Source: Pocillopora damicornis
Taxonomy: Eukaryota
Direction: 5' to 3'
DNA length: 64,000 bases
Assembly (NCBI RefSeq): GCF_003704095.1
Contig: NW_020845410.1
Location: 558,001-622,000 of the forward strand
The notes under the pieces are model-generated. The model searched no databases and was not told where the DNA came from. It saw only the letters and a program-made list of their open reading frames with translations. Positions 1-19,366 of this stretch are shown one piece after another. The translations under genes were made by a program, and so were the position numbers. Positions within the stretch are counted from its first letter, which is position 1; each line of letters begins with the position of its first letter.

Positions 1-875
<875 letters not shown>

Positions 876-1213
876 CATTGGTGGAATGATTTCATCTTTC
901 TTTAATGGTATGTCTTTTATTAGTTATCAAGGAGTTTCACATAATCTAGAAAGCTTAAGGCGTACAGATGGACATTTTGTGGGTTGCTAAGGGGTTCATT
1001 CCATAAGTTCTCAAGAGTGGAGGTATGCTTATTTTAGGAGGCAATCATTGTGGACAAAAATAATGAATTTTGTAATGATTTATCATTACATTGTTTTTTA
1101 TTCTTTATTTTTTTTCATTTCTATTCTCGTTGTTATTCTGAATCAGAGAGATACCCTATTTGGTGTAGATAAGTAATAAAATTATTTCAGTGTTATATGT
1201 AGGTCTCAGGTTT

Positions 1214-1423
1214 TTAACCCTTAACTCCCAGACCAAGTTTCTAATTCTCCTTACTGTCAACCATTCAATTCTTATAATGTTAGCACAGAGAATTTAGTAG
1301 TGAATCAACTAATTATCCCTTGACTGATATTTTTCTCTATTCTCATTACTTCTCTGGTTGATATTGTATTGATACTGTAAGGAGAAATTCTGTCTTGGTC
1401 ACTCATGGGAGTTAAAGGGTTTA
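1214..1423. mobile_element. ~210-bp MITE-like element with TTAA-CCCTT terminal inverted repeats
   Basis: Starts TTAACCCTTAACTCCCA and ends TGGGAGTTAAAGGGTTTA, which are inverted termini. Related copies occur elsewhere in the window. Confidence 0.7.
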
Positions 1424-2585
1424 GTGCCTTTCCCTATTCATGAAGCAGGTACAATGTTTGAAATGCCTTGGGTTGTGTAGGGTCAGGGAAGTATTATACT
1501 TGATTTATTTGGACAAAATGTTTTTACATGCAACATATTTTGATACCGACACCTTATTTAATTGTTTAACATGTAGTAAGCATGGTTATTTTGTAAGTTA
1601 CATTGTATTTTACCAAGCCATGTAGGGATAAGAAAAAAGTGAGCGATAAGCAGTAGCTAAATGTGTGTTTGTATTACCATATGTCAAACCATCAATTAAA
1701 GAATAGGTTATTCCTCTATTATTTGATTTCTAATAATTTATCTTGAAGTTTTTAAAACTGCTTCCAAGAGCCTTGTCTGAGCATCGTATTGATTGCATAA
1801 GGCCTGCGCAAAAGATGAAAACAATGCAAACAAATCCATTAAAATTTCCTGTGTGACCAACGAAAAATCTTATGAGCTTAACAGTTTGTTTCTTTGAAAA
1901 TCATGCAGTAATCAAAAAAATCAGTCAAAGTATTGGTGTAATAATAATTAATGATTAATAATATCAGATTTTCTATGTACCCACATATACATGTAGACTG
2001 GTATATTTTGGAGTTATAACAATATGAGTTTATAGTCATTCAAATATTCATTGAGGTAATTTATTTTAATGCTGTTAGGATATTAGTTTAGTTAAGCAAC
2101 CACATATGTGTTGCAGATTAGTGAAAACATATCATTATGGTAAATGTTTTTAATCCAAGTACTTGATATTTAACATACATTTGTAAGAGTATATTAGTTG
2201 ACATGAAGCTGGTAGTTATTCAAATGTTCAATTTCAAATTTAGGGCTAGCTCCTGTTGATCAGGGTGAAATTTATTTAGATAAAATAAAATGTATTTAAT
2301 TTCACTGAGAAACATTCAGTGTCTAGCTTTTGTCAATAGCATTTTCATAAGGTAGCTTTGACTTATGACCATGTTTATAGTGGATCTGAAGTGAGAAGCT
2401 GTTTCATCTTAGTTGCTGCAATATTATCCTTTTAAACTTAATCAAAGGTGGGGTTGGAAATGCAGGATATTGGTCTCATTTCACACACATTTGAGAAAAA
2501 TTCAAGCGTCATATATATTTTAAACAGCATTTCAGGTGTCAAATTTAAAAGGGAAATGTTCAAATTTCTCATCTCATGCAAAAAC

Positions 2586-2873
2586 AAAGTAAAGCCTTTA
2601 TACAGGCCCAGGTGGCCCATGGGGCAGGCACTTAGCTCTAGTTTCCTTAACATGAAGTGGCCAGGAGTATTGTTACTCCCCCCTGGATGGGATGTTAGTC
2701 CATCACAGGGTTACCCCCTGCATATTTGCTGGTACCCATTTGTACACCTGGGTGAAGAGAAACACTGTGAGAGTAAAGTGTCTTGTGTAAGAACACAACA
2801 CAATGACCCCAGCCAGGGCTCGAACCCGGACCACTTGATCCGGAGTCGAGCGCACGAACTGTGAGGCCACCGC
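2586..2873 (-). mobile_element. tRNA-headed SINE
   Basis: The minus strand begins GCGGTGGCCTCACAG (A-box-like) ... GGGTTCGAGCCC (B-box), followed by ACACTTTACTCTCACAGTG...CCCAGGTGTACAAATGGGTACC and GATGGACTAACATCCCATCCAGGGGGGAGT, and ends in a CTTTA-type tail. It is a GC-richer island in an AT-rich 3' region. Confidence 0.7.
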
Positions 2874-4486
2874 AAAACCTTTCATCTCGTGCAAGGTTTC
2901 AGGGAAATCATGAGGTTTTCACAAAATGAAAGTAACAATCATGGGTCACTTATACTTCAGGAGACAAATTACAGTTCATGCTGATTCATAAATTCAGTAC
3001 AAATAAATCCTTTACCACCCTTGGAAAGGAATAATAGTGATGTATGCTAAATACAGATTGGAAAGTACAACTTGCAGAACTATAATATGTGCCCTACCTT
3101 AATTTTTTAAGTTCCAGAATGTTTTCTTTTCAATTCATTCTCAGTTCAATTTTGCTGCATGACTTAATTTACAGAAGTGATTCCAGGGAAGACATGGCTT
3201 CTCTCTACTCCCTTTCAAAGAAAAACTTGTCCTCTGCTTTAAACGCTTTTAAACTGCTGTTTTTTGTAGACTGTTGATTACAGAGGAAAAGGGGATACTC
3301 CAACAGTAATTGTGGTCTGACTTATGGTTTTACACATGCGTGATGAATAACAATGAGTTGTGTACCGTGAATAACCATAGAAATTGCTCCAACATAGGGA
3401 GGTAGGCTTTACTCGGTGAACAACTCTCCATTGGTGCCATCTTTTCTCAAGAAGAACTTCTCAAATTGATGGATACATATGTAAGGGTGGTGTACAATTT
3501 TGCACGTTTTGCATCATTTTATTGTAATTGGGAATAATTCAATCAAAGCATGGAACAAAATGATTATTTATTCAGTATATATCTGTAACTGTGAAACGAG
3601 ATGACATATGTTCTTATCTTATCGTATTTGAAATACTAAATAAATGATTCTTTAGTTACTTATGAGTTGTGAATCTTGTTAGAGTTTCTGAAAGCCTGAT
3701 ATATATACCTGAAGCTTGTGGTTTTTTTTACCAGTTCATCTCCATTAATCCATTAAACCACTGGGTTGTATACTTTCCCCCACTTGCCATTTTTCAAGGG
3801 ACCTTCGGTGTTTTTGACTTGTGAGGTGGTTTGTTTTGTCTCGTTTAGCTGTGTCGACAATCTAAAATCGTATCTCCATTATCTTCATCATTTAGAATAT
3901 TTGATCTTCTCGTCATTGGAATGTTGCTTGCGGTCCGAAGCTGTCAAACAAATAAAACTTTGACGCAGTATGCACAAAAAGCACTTTTTTCGAGCTCAAA
4001 ATACAGATGTGGCAACCACAGAGTACATAAACTGTTTAAAATTCCTTTCACGTATGTGTCCACTCGGTTTATAAGACCCCAACCTGATAAACCCAGGTGT
4101 GACGTTACAAAAACCAAGCTGCTTCCATGGATAGCGAATTTTTTCAATGTTCCTCTTATGTTTAACCTCGGAGCTTCAGGGGACAGAGGTTTAAGGGGTT
4201 TTAGGGTAAAGTAAAGGTAAATGCAAGTCACCGATCGCATTCGTTTGGTATTCACCCAGCTTTCAAAAATTTTGATCATTCTTTCATGAGGCATTGGCGC
4301 CCCTCGTTAAAATTTACCCCCACGCAGTGCAATTGAAAGGGGGAAATGACATAGATGTGTTTATATTGGGAAAGAAAATTTTGTAAATTTGTACAAAACA
4401 CCTAGGGAAAACAAACTCCAATTATAATAAATCATGAAGGAGGAGAGGACAACAATAATAAATAAAATTATCGCTTTTGTTGGTCA

Positions 4487-4526
4487 TTTCTTTCTTTTCA
4501 TTTGGTGGCTTCTAAAGAAGCCGTTT
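4487..4526 (-). terminator. Histone mRNA 3' stem-loop and purine-rich histone downstream element (HDE)
   Basis: About 30 nt after the H1 stop, the minus strand reads AAAAC-GGCTTC-TTTA-GAAGCC-ACCA (6-bp stem, 4-nt loop, 4507-4522), followed by AAAAGAAAGAAA, an AAGAAAGA-type U7-binding element. Confidence 0.88.
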
Positions 4527-4551
4527 TTGTTTTTTGTTTTTTTTTGTTCCT

Positions 4552-5217
4552 TTACTTCTTAGCCTTTGCTTTGGTCTTCTTGGCTGTCTTCTTTTTAGGT
4601 GTAACTCGCTTTTTAGGGCTCTTTGTCTTTTTCTTTGCAGCAGTCTTTGCTGCAGATTTCTTTGCTGCGGTTTTCTTCTTGGCTGGAGACTTTCCCTTCT
4701 TAGCTGGAGTCTTCTTTTTCTTTGTGGCTTTCTTAGCGCTTGTCTTTTTCGTTGTTCGCTTCTTAGGCGTGCCAGCCTTCTTTTTGGACTTTTTAGCGAC
4801 TACCCTCTTTGCTGGTTTCTTCTTTGGCGCAGCAGGTGCTTTTCCAACTTTGAAGGATCCCGATGCACCAGTTCCTTTAGTGTGTATCAGCTTGCCGGTC
4901 TGCACGCCGCGCTTCAAAGCTACCTTCAAATGCGAAGATGGATCTCCGGTGATTTTGTTATTTGCTTTGATGTATTTCTCAATGGCCTGCCTCGAAGAAC
5001 CACCTCGCTCCTTCATCGCAGTTATGGCAGTGACGACCATGTCAATGTACGGTGGATGCGCTGCAGCAGGACGACGAGCTGGTCTCTTTGCCCTTGGATT
5101 TTTCGCCTTCTTCATTTTGCCGCCGGGACTTTTCGACCTTGATCTCGAGCGGGATCTTGAGCGTGACCTCGATCTCGATCTGGATCGCGAACGGGATCTT
5201 GGTAAAACAACAGACAT
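4552..5217 (-). CDS. Linker histone H1 family / protamine-like (PL-I-type) protein with an N-terminal (RS)11 tract
   Basis: 221-aa intronless ORF. It has an H1/H5 winged-helix domain ([30 protein letters not shown]...[10 protein letters not shown]), a Lys/Ala/Pro-rich tail with S/T-P-K-K motifs, and 11 RS dipeptides at the N-terminus. Confidence 0.93.
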   Translation of the reverse strand: MSVVLPRSRSRSRSRSRSRSRSRSRSRSKSPGGKMKKAKNPRAKRPARRPAAAHPPYIDMVVTAITAMKERGGSSRQAIEKYIKANNKITGDPSSHLKVALKRGVQTGKLIHTKGTGASGSFKVGKAPAAPKKKPAKRVVAKKSKKKAGTPKKRTTKKTSAKKATKKKKTPAKKGKSPAKKKTAAKKSAAKTAAKKKTKSPKKRVTPKKKTAKKTKAKAKK

Positions 5218-5294
5218 TTTGATTACTAATGAGGCGGGTGTAAAAAAAGTTGCTCGGAAAAGATTTCACGATGCAAGTAGCGTAATTTCATACT

Positions 5295-5396
5295 CGCGCC
5301 AATTTTATTTTGAAAGACCTGACGCCTGAGGGAACAGTCCTCTGTCACGAACCAGTTTGAATATCAGAGGCCGACATTTTGGAATTTGTGTTTCTT
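5295..5396 (-). promoter_or_regulatory. H1 promoter elements: H1 box (AAGAAACACA, 5387-5396) and E2F-like TTGGCGCG (5295-5302)
   Basis: An exact AAGAAACACA lies on the sense strand ~170 nt upstream of the H1 ATG, and TTGGCGCG lies ~80 nt upstream. Confidence 0.55.
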
Positions 5397-7920
5397 CCTG
5401 AAAGTTTTTAACCGCTTGCTGTTATGCAGAGCTTCGCAAGCAAATGGTAAGTCGGGAAAAATTTAACTATGAGAACTATCTTTTCGTACGTGGTTCCAAA
5501 GTTGTCTCCTCTAAATGTATACCTGGGTATTTTTAATATCTTTCTCATCAAGCGAGGTGTCACAAATTAATGTAAATGGTATTTAATGCAAATCATTTAA
5601 CGACCTCGGTCAGGATACCCTTAAAAACACTATGGGATCAAAAACTGATGATTAGGAAACAAGTTAAGCCAAAAATGAACGACGATAATTTAATTCCAAG
5701 TTTCTGTTGGCTGCTGCGAATGCGTGAAACAAAGACAGATTGCACAGTCGCCATTTTGCAATATCCAGAGGCGCCAGACTTATAGTGAAGAAATGAGGCT
5801 CCTTGTCACTTTTCCCCACCTAGATTTTAATGAATTCATGTTTCTATGCTAGTAGCAAAGAACTAAACTGTTTTTGGTGAGATTCTTTCATAATTCAAAG
5901 AGTATTTCAGAAAGTGAACTCAGTGAACCCTCTCTGTGTTTTGGTTATAGCCATGCCCAAAGCCCAAGTAAGGAAACAGATTTCCTATAAAATCTCATTC
6001 AATTGTGTGTGCCTGATTTGCAAACGGAACTTTGTAAAGAAATGCTTACAAATTTTCTCCTGAGAGAGGGTTCTTAACTCATCGAAAAGAAGTTTTAGCT
6101 ATACTTTAATGCTGTAAGCTTCGGATTTTGATTCTCATCGGAGAGTCTTTACTCTCAGTGAATTCCGTTTTCACGGTTGACGCCTGGGTTCCTCATTAGA
6201 GGCGCTTTTTCTGATAGTTAAAAGCTTTCCTGTAGTTTAATAAACAAGGTTTGCCAAAACACAGCACTTGCAAAATGTAGCAGACGACAATCCTAGTTAT
6301 CTAAGAGGTTTCAAACTTTATTGAACGACAAGCTAAGAAAATTTAGTCCTTCAGTGTGTCAAGTCAGTACCACCATTTTGGGTGACAAGAGCATGCTTCA
6401 TCTTGGACCTGTAGCACTTTGTGCCACTTTGCTCTATATTGAAATCACAGAATACATTCTAAAAAGGTTTAATTTATACTATTAATCTTATAAAAACATT
6501 TCAGGGCTTCGTCAGAATGGTTGGAGACACTTTTAGTGCTATAAAGAGTATAATCAACCGGTAGTTTTACATACGGCCGTGTAACTTAGACTCATTTTAA
6601 AGGCGTAGTGATCGATAAAACTCAACCAAGTATTTATTTATCTAAGAACACCCATATCAATAATATCAAACAATAGACAACCTACTGACCGATTGCATAT
6701 GGTGCCGTTTATAGCAGCTTGATTTTCTTCAAATTGACTATGAAGGTTTTCAGCAATAGCAAACACTGTTTGTATAAATTTGGCGAGAGTAAAAAGTTGA
6801 TAACAACATTTTGGAACTTCTTCTGTGACGGTCTCATTGATATTGTATCTTACCTTCCTTTCTTTATTATTGGCTTGTTTTGTAATTTTTTTTTATGTGT
6901 GACATCAAGGGAAGATATCCTCTCTCAGGATTTCATCCAATCGCTTTGAAGTTTCAGACTTTTCCGAGATGAAAATTGGAATTTTTTCCTATTTACAAAA
7001 GCACAAAAAAATCGTGAGGGAACAGGCGTTTAGGTGGTGCACAGCTGTCTTGACGTTAAAATCTATTTCAATCCAGGTATTCCGTTCTCAGAATATTTTC
7101 TTTCTGAGCACGTACGCATGTTTTTCTTTCATTTTCCTAAACTGATAGGCTGATGAGGTGCCGTGATAAAGAATGAAACTGAGTTAGTGATGGACAAACA
7201 CGCAAGACAGTTGTTTTGTCAGAGTGCATTGATGCTGTAAAGGCATCTTTTTTTTATCTTTTTCTATCGGATTAGGGTCCAACATCGACTGATATATGTT
7301 GGAATCTAACGAAATAATTTAGAAAATCAAACGGGAAGCTGTTCTACAGGAAAAAAAAAAAAAGAAAGATGACTAGATCGGGTTCAGGAATTTTCCCATA
7401 GGAGTTCCACATACTTTCGGTTTTCACTTCCGCGAAAACATTCTAGGAACTTGAAAGCAAAACATGGACAAAAGGAAACTGCTTCATCCGGTCAGCCAAG
7501 CAAGGATCCGTTACTTTAAAACAGATTCTGAAATATTTCTTCAATATCATTTTAGTAATTTCCCCGCGGAGTTCACTTCTTTATTCTTGAACAGCACCTA
7601 GTTTGCCTTACACGATGTGACTTCTTATATAAATACCACTTTTCACAGCGCTGTTTTTATTGCTGACCACTTGTACTGAAGGCTTCGAACAGACTCAACT
7701 TGAAGAGTATTATTGTCTGTTTCGCGTTTTTCGTCACCCAGGCCGCTTTCAGATGAATTACTTTTGCTCCTGGGGCTTGTGATTCTGCAGGGGAAAGGTA
7801 GATTAATGGTTAGATCTGCAAAAATACACATCTGTCGTGCAATGCGGAATGTTGCGGTAAAGAGGAAATAGATTCTAAGCATCATTCTTCTGGAAACGAA
7901 GCAACGTGCCGCTAGCCGTC

Positions 7921-15166
<7,246 letters not shown>

Positions 15167-15510
15167 CGAGTGACTGGTTGCAATGCTTACTGATGAAAAT
15201 GAAATGAATTGGAGTATTGGCACAGAACAAGCTTAGTACTCTTATTTAACTTGCATCAAGAAAATGACGGAATACATGAAAAGGTCTTATATGCATTGGA
15301 ATCTATTAATTGTGGTGTGTATTGGATTCAGAGCAGCGAAAAACTGCCTTGGTTTGGGAGGGAATGTAAACAAGTTGCAGCCTCTTGGAGATGCAAACAA
15401 TTATCAGAGTNNNNNNNNNNNNNNNNNNNNNNNNNNNNNNNNNNNNNNNNNNNNNNNNNNNNNNNNNNNNNNNNNNNNNNNNNNNNNNNNNNNNNNNNNN
15501 NNNNNNNNNN

Positions 15511-15628
15511 TGCTGAAGAACCTCCTTTGCAAAATCATCAAATAGTTTTATGTTTCTACAGTTAACATAGATCACCACAGTACGTCCGTCAGAATTCAGT
15601 ATGTCGTTTGCCACTTTAATCGCCACGG
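15511..15628 (-). CDS. Fragment of STAND NTPase paralog A (just after Walker A), isolated between gaps
   Basis: Translates VAIKVANDILNSDGRTVVIYVNCRNIKLFDDFAKEVLQ, which aligns by eye to TAVKAVNEILDADSETVVAYVNCRFLASLDDLAGKIAKQ in the 22658-24334 gene. Confidence 0.8.
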
Positions 15629-16094
15629 NNNNNNNNNNNNNNNNNNNNNNNNNNNNNNNNNNNNNNNNNNNNNNNNNNNNNNNNNNNNNNNNNNNNNNNN
15701 NNNNNNNNNNNNNNNNNNNNNNNNNNNNNNNNNNNNNNNNNNNNNNNNNNNNNNNNNNNNNNNNNNNNNNNNNNNNNNNNNNNNNNNNNNNNNNNNNNNN
15801 NNNNNNNNNNNNNNNNNNNNNNNNNNNNNNNNNNNNNNNNNNNNNNNNNNNNNNNNNNNNNNNNNNNNNNNNNNNNNNNNNNNNNNNNNNNNNNNNNNNN
15901 NNNNNNNNNNNNNNNNNNNNNNNNNNNNNNNNNNNNNNNNNNNNNNNNNNNNNNNNNNNNNNNNNNNNNNNNNNNNNNNNNNNNNNNNNNNNNNNNNNNN
16001 NNNNNCAAATAAGAGTATGTCATCCAACAATTAAGTTATTGTCAGTTTCACTTGTTACAAACATATCTTAACATAAAAAATGACAGATATTGAC

Positions 16095-16167
16095 CTGAAG
16101 CTTCCGGGGTTCCTGGATTACTTTCTTGAATTCCTGTTCCAGCAAGTGGATCTGGTCGCCCTGCCAT
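16095..16167 (-). CDS. Candidate first coding exon of STAND paralog A (MAGRPDPLAGTGIQESNPGTPEAS)
   Basis: Polypyrimidine/CAG acceptor directly followed by ATG; 73 nt; phase-1 donor CAG|GTCAAT; lies upstream of, and on the same strand as, the 15511-15628 fragment. Confidence 0.4.
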
Positions 16168-17341
16168 CTGTGGGAGAAAGTATTGAGTTCTCAACGAAAT
16201 ATACCTGGCTATGCATGCAGTCTTATTTTATTTTCATAAAAAGCTGAGTAGGGGCCTTGGGGATGAGGCCTGCTGCCCGTGTTATTTCTAAGACACCCCT
16301 CTAAGCGTACGAAACGAAAACTAGACAAGTAGTCTTTGATTTGTTAATTGTGAGTTTTAGATGAACAACATTCAGATAAACCGCATGTAAATCACTTTGG
16401 CGTCGACTTTTCTGTTTGAATGTGATGTCATGTGTACACTTAGCACACTGTTAGACCAGCCATGGTAGGGAGATCCCATCAGAGGCACTTTCATTATTTC
16501 AAGCTGTGCCAATAACGATTGAAAATTGCCCCGAGGTGAAATAAAATTTGACCATGTTTTTGTGTCTTCGAGACCCGTATGTACCACGTACGACTGAGGC
16601 ACTAAGTACCTTGAGCAGTCCGGTTAACGACGGAAAGGAAAAGGTCGATTAAAAAGGAATTGGTATTTATCTCAATAATTTAGAAAATGGCTGGAGATCT
16701 CTACTATCTCTTACGACACCAGACCTCGACTTCAGCATAATATGTGACATGTGTAAGCGGCGTTGAGTTCTGAATAGTGTGTTCCCGTTGTCAGACAAGA
16801 CAAATGTTGGTGACTGAAAGATGGTGTTTAAGATGTGTACAAAGTTTTTAACACACGTGCGGAGCTTTTGCTCCACTTTTTCTGCTCGTGAAATCTTTTG
16901 TTTGTCCCGTTCTTACTCTATTCAGTTTAAAACAGAAACACAAACAATTCGTGGTCGGTTTCCCTGTTCTCAGACCACGCAAATTTGGGTGAATGTGTAT
17001 GTTGATATTTTGCCGAGGGCGCTGAGATGTACAAATTGTTAAACGCACGCGCAGAGCTTTTTCTCTGCTCGTGAGATATTTTGTTTTGTCGTGTTCTCGT
17101 CGCCGTGGCCGTCGCCATCATGGTTTGCTAAAGATCGTACTGTGACCACAACTGCGCTATTGATTTAAATCCTTCTAGTATTTTCAGAATTAGCATACTT
17201 TCAAGGTGCGATCAAACTCTTCTATTCTTTCCAACTCGTAANNNNNNNNNNNNNNNNNNNNNNNNNNNNNNNNNNNNNNNNNNNNNNNNNNNNNNNNNNN
17301 NNNNNNNNNNNNNNNNNNNNNNNNNNNNNNNNNNNNNNNNN

Positions 17342-19366
17342 TGAAAAGCCAAGATTTTTACACGATTTTGTTATTGGATAATTTTGAATTTCTTCTTCAT
17401 TTGGATGACAGAATGCAGCTCCCCGAAAATGAATTGTCACTCCAGCAGATGAACCCATCTGAGGAAGGATCGAGGATTAAGAAACTAATCAATGAAATTT
17501 TAAAGGTTGCAGGCAAAGTCAAGCTTCTCCTCACTTCTTCAGAGAAAGTTTGTTTTCCGGAGGCAGGTCGAGAAATGGTTCATCTGTCGCCTTTTAAGCC
17601 AGAAGAATCCGTTGAGCTTTTTAAAAGAGTTTGGAAGGATAGGCAAGTCGACACAACCCAAGCACATGGCTTGTCAGAGATTTGCAGTGGTATTCCCCTG
17701 GTCCTTTACACCCTGGCCTCCTCCCACAATAACCTGCTAAGTCTCTTGAAAGAGATGACCTGTTCTTCGCCTCAAGAAAAATTCGAGTTCTTGACAAAGA
17801 TTCGAACGGTATCAGAGGATATGAAGATCAACGTTTGTATCGATTATTGCTTCGAGAGGCTTGTTTCGAAAGAAAAGTGTGCCCTTATCAGATTTGCATT
17901 ACTTAGAAGGCGTTTTTCTCTGTGTGAAGCAGAGAAAATATTTCAATCAACGGAGATGAGTGCGTCCCAGCTCAGACGATGTGGACTGGAACTGTCCCAG
18001 CGATCACTTTTGGAAGAACACATTATTGGAGATGAATGCTCCTATACCCTCCTTCGAGTAATTCGTGATTATTGTGAAACTAAAGCAATGGAGCAGGAGT
18101 TTTGTGAAGTGATCTTAGATGCTCGGAGGGCGTTTATCCTTCATTTTTTAACCTTTCTGGAAGACATCTTTAAAATGTTCCTGAGCCAGAACGCGTCAGA
18201 AGCTATTGCAGCCTTTCAGAAAGATGAGGCAAATGTCATGCAGCTCGTTGAATGGTGCAGAAATGGTAAAATGGATGAAGAACAAGCAGGAAAGTGCATT
18301 GATGTTTTCAACAACGTGGCGGAGCTACTGGCGAAGATGATGGCAAAGGCCAAATTTAAATTTGCCTTTGAATCTTTACGAACGAGATGCGAACAGATGG
18401 AAGATCAGACGAGACTGAGCGATTGCCTCACATCCTTGGGGATGAAAGAAGTATTCAGCTGCTCCTGTCCTCCAATTGGTCTGTGTGCTTCCGCCGCTGA
18501 AAGAGCCAAAGAATACTTCACGAGGGCTGACCAAATCCAGGATAATCTTGGAGTTAGAACCGGTAACAGCCGAGCTCAGTGCCTTGCCAAACTTGGTCGA
18601 TGTCTCGCCAAAGAAGGCTATTTTGAGGAGGCAAATGAAAAAGTCCAACAGGCAATCGACATTCGATGGGCTCAAGGAGAGAATGACATCGTTATGCTCG
18701 GTGCAACGTTTAATGATCAGGGAGGTAAGTGTACAGAATGATTAAGTACCAAATTAATTTGCGAGCACAATGATCATACATTTTGCAAGGCAGTTTGTGA
18801 GATCGTATTTTAAGGTTATATTGAGCATTTGTTTATGTATGAATCTTCAAAATCGATGATAAAAGATTCACGATTGAAAATGATGTACAAATTGTGGCCT
18901 GTGCTCTGAGCGAAAAAAGCAAGAGAAGCATCCAAATCCACCATTATGATTCTAGCCTCTCATTAGTCAAGATTCAACTGAATAGCCGTCATTCATTTAG
19001 TCTGGACCTTGAAAGGATGCTTAGAACATTGAGAAAGTGAATTGTATTGAAAAGTGTCTTGATAATTGTAATCAACTACTAGATAAACGAAATCCTTCAC
19101 ACGAATTATAATGTATACTACTTTAAAGGGGTTTACGGCTGCTTCAAAAATCCTTTCTTTAAGAAAACTAAAATCACTTTTACTACCTCTCTTTATATCT
19201 TCATGGTCAGCCGAAAATGACTGAACTGGAATTATTGTATTATTTTATCACTTCTTGAAGGATAAGCATCTTTACATATTCAGTGATAAAACCGTGATTT
19301 CCTTGTTAGTGATCCTTTCGCTCGAGGAAAATCATGAGCAGGCAATCAAGGTCAGAGAAGATCAGA
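17342..19366 (+). CDS. STAND (NB-ARC/AP-ATPase-like) NTPase-TPR protein, paralog A, partial (exons 17342-18724 and 19310-19366+)
   Basis: Walker B ILLLDNFE, sensor LLLTSS, GxP motif CSGIPLVL, winged helix ELSQRSLLEE, and TPR helices (RAQCLAKLGRCL...AIDIR). Phase-1 donor GGAG|GTAAGT at 18724. The next exon VILSLEENHEQAIKVRED matches paralog B VALSLEGNHEEAIKVREG. Both ends are truncated by N gaps. Confidence 0.88.

Noticed and set aside
2448-2894. 138-aa and 63-aa ORFs, and a possible tRNA gene
   Set aside because: They overlap a SINE. The tRNA-like head runs into the SINE body and does not form a complete cloverleaf.
4502-5329. 275-aa and 202-aa + strand ORFs rich in Phe/Leu/Ala that look like membrane proteins
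   Set aside because: They are antisense shadows of the Lys-rich H1 codons. The H1 strand carries the domain, the promoter box and the stem-loop.
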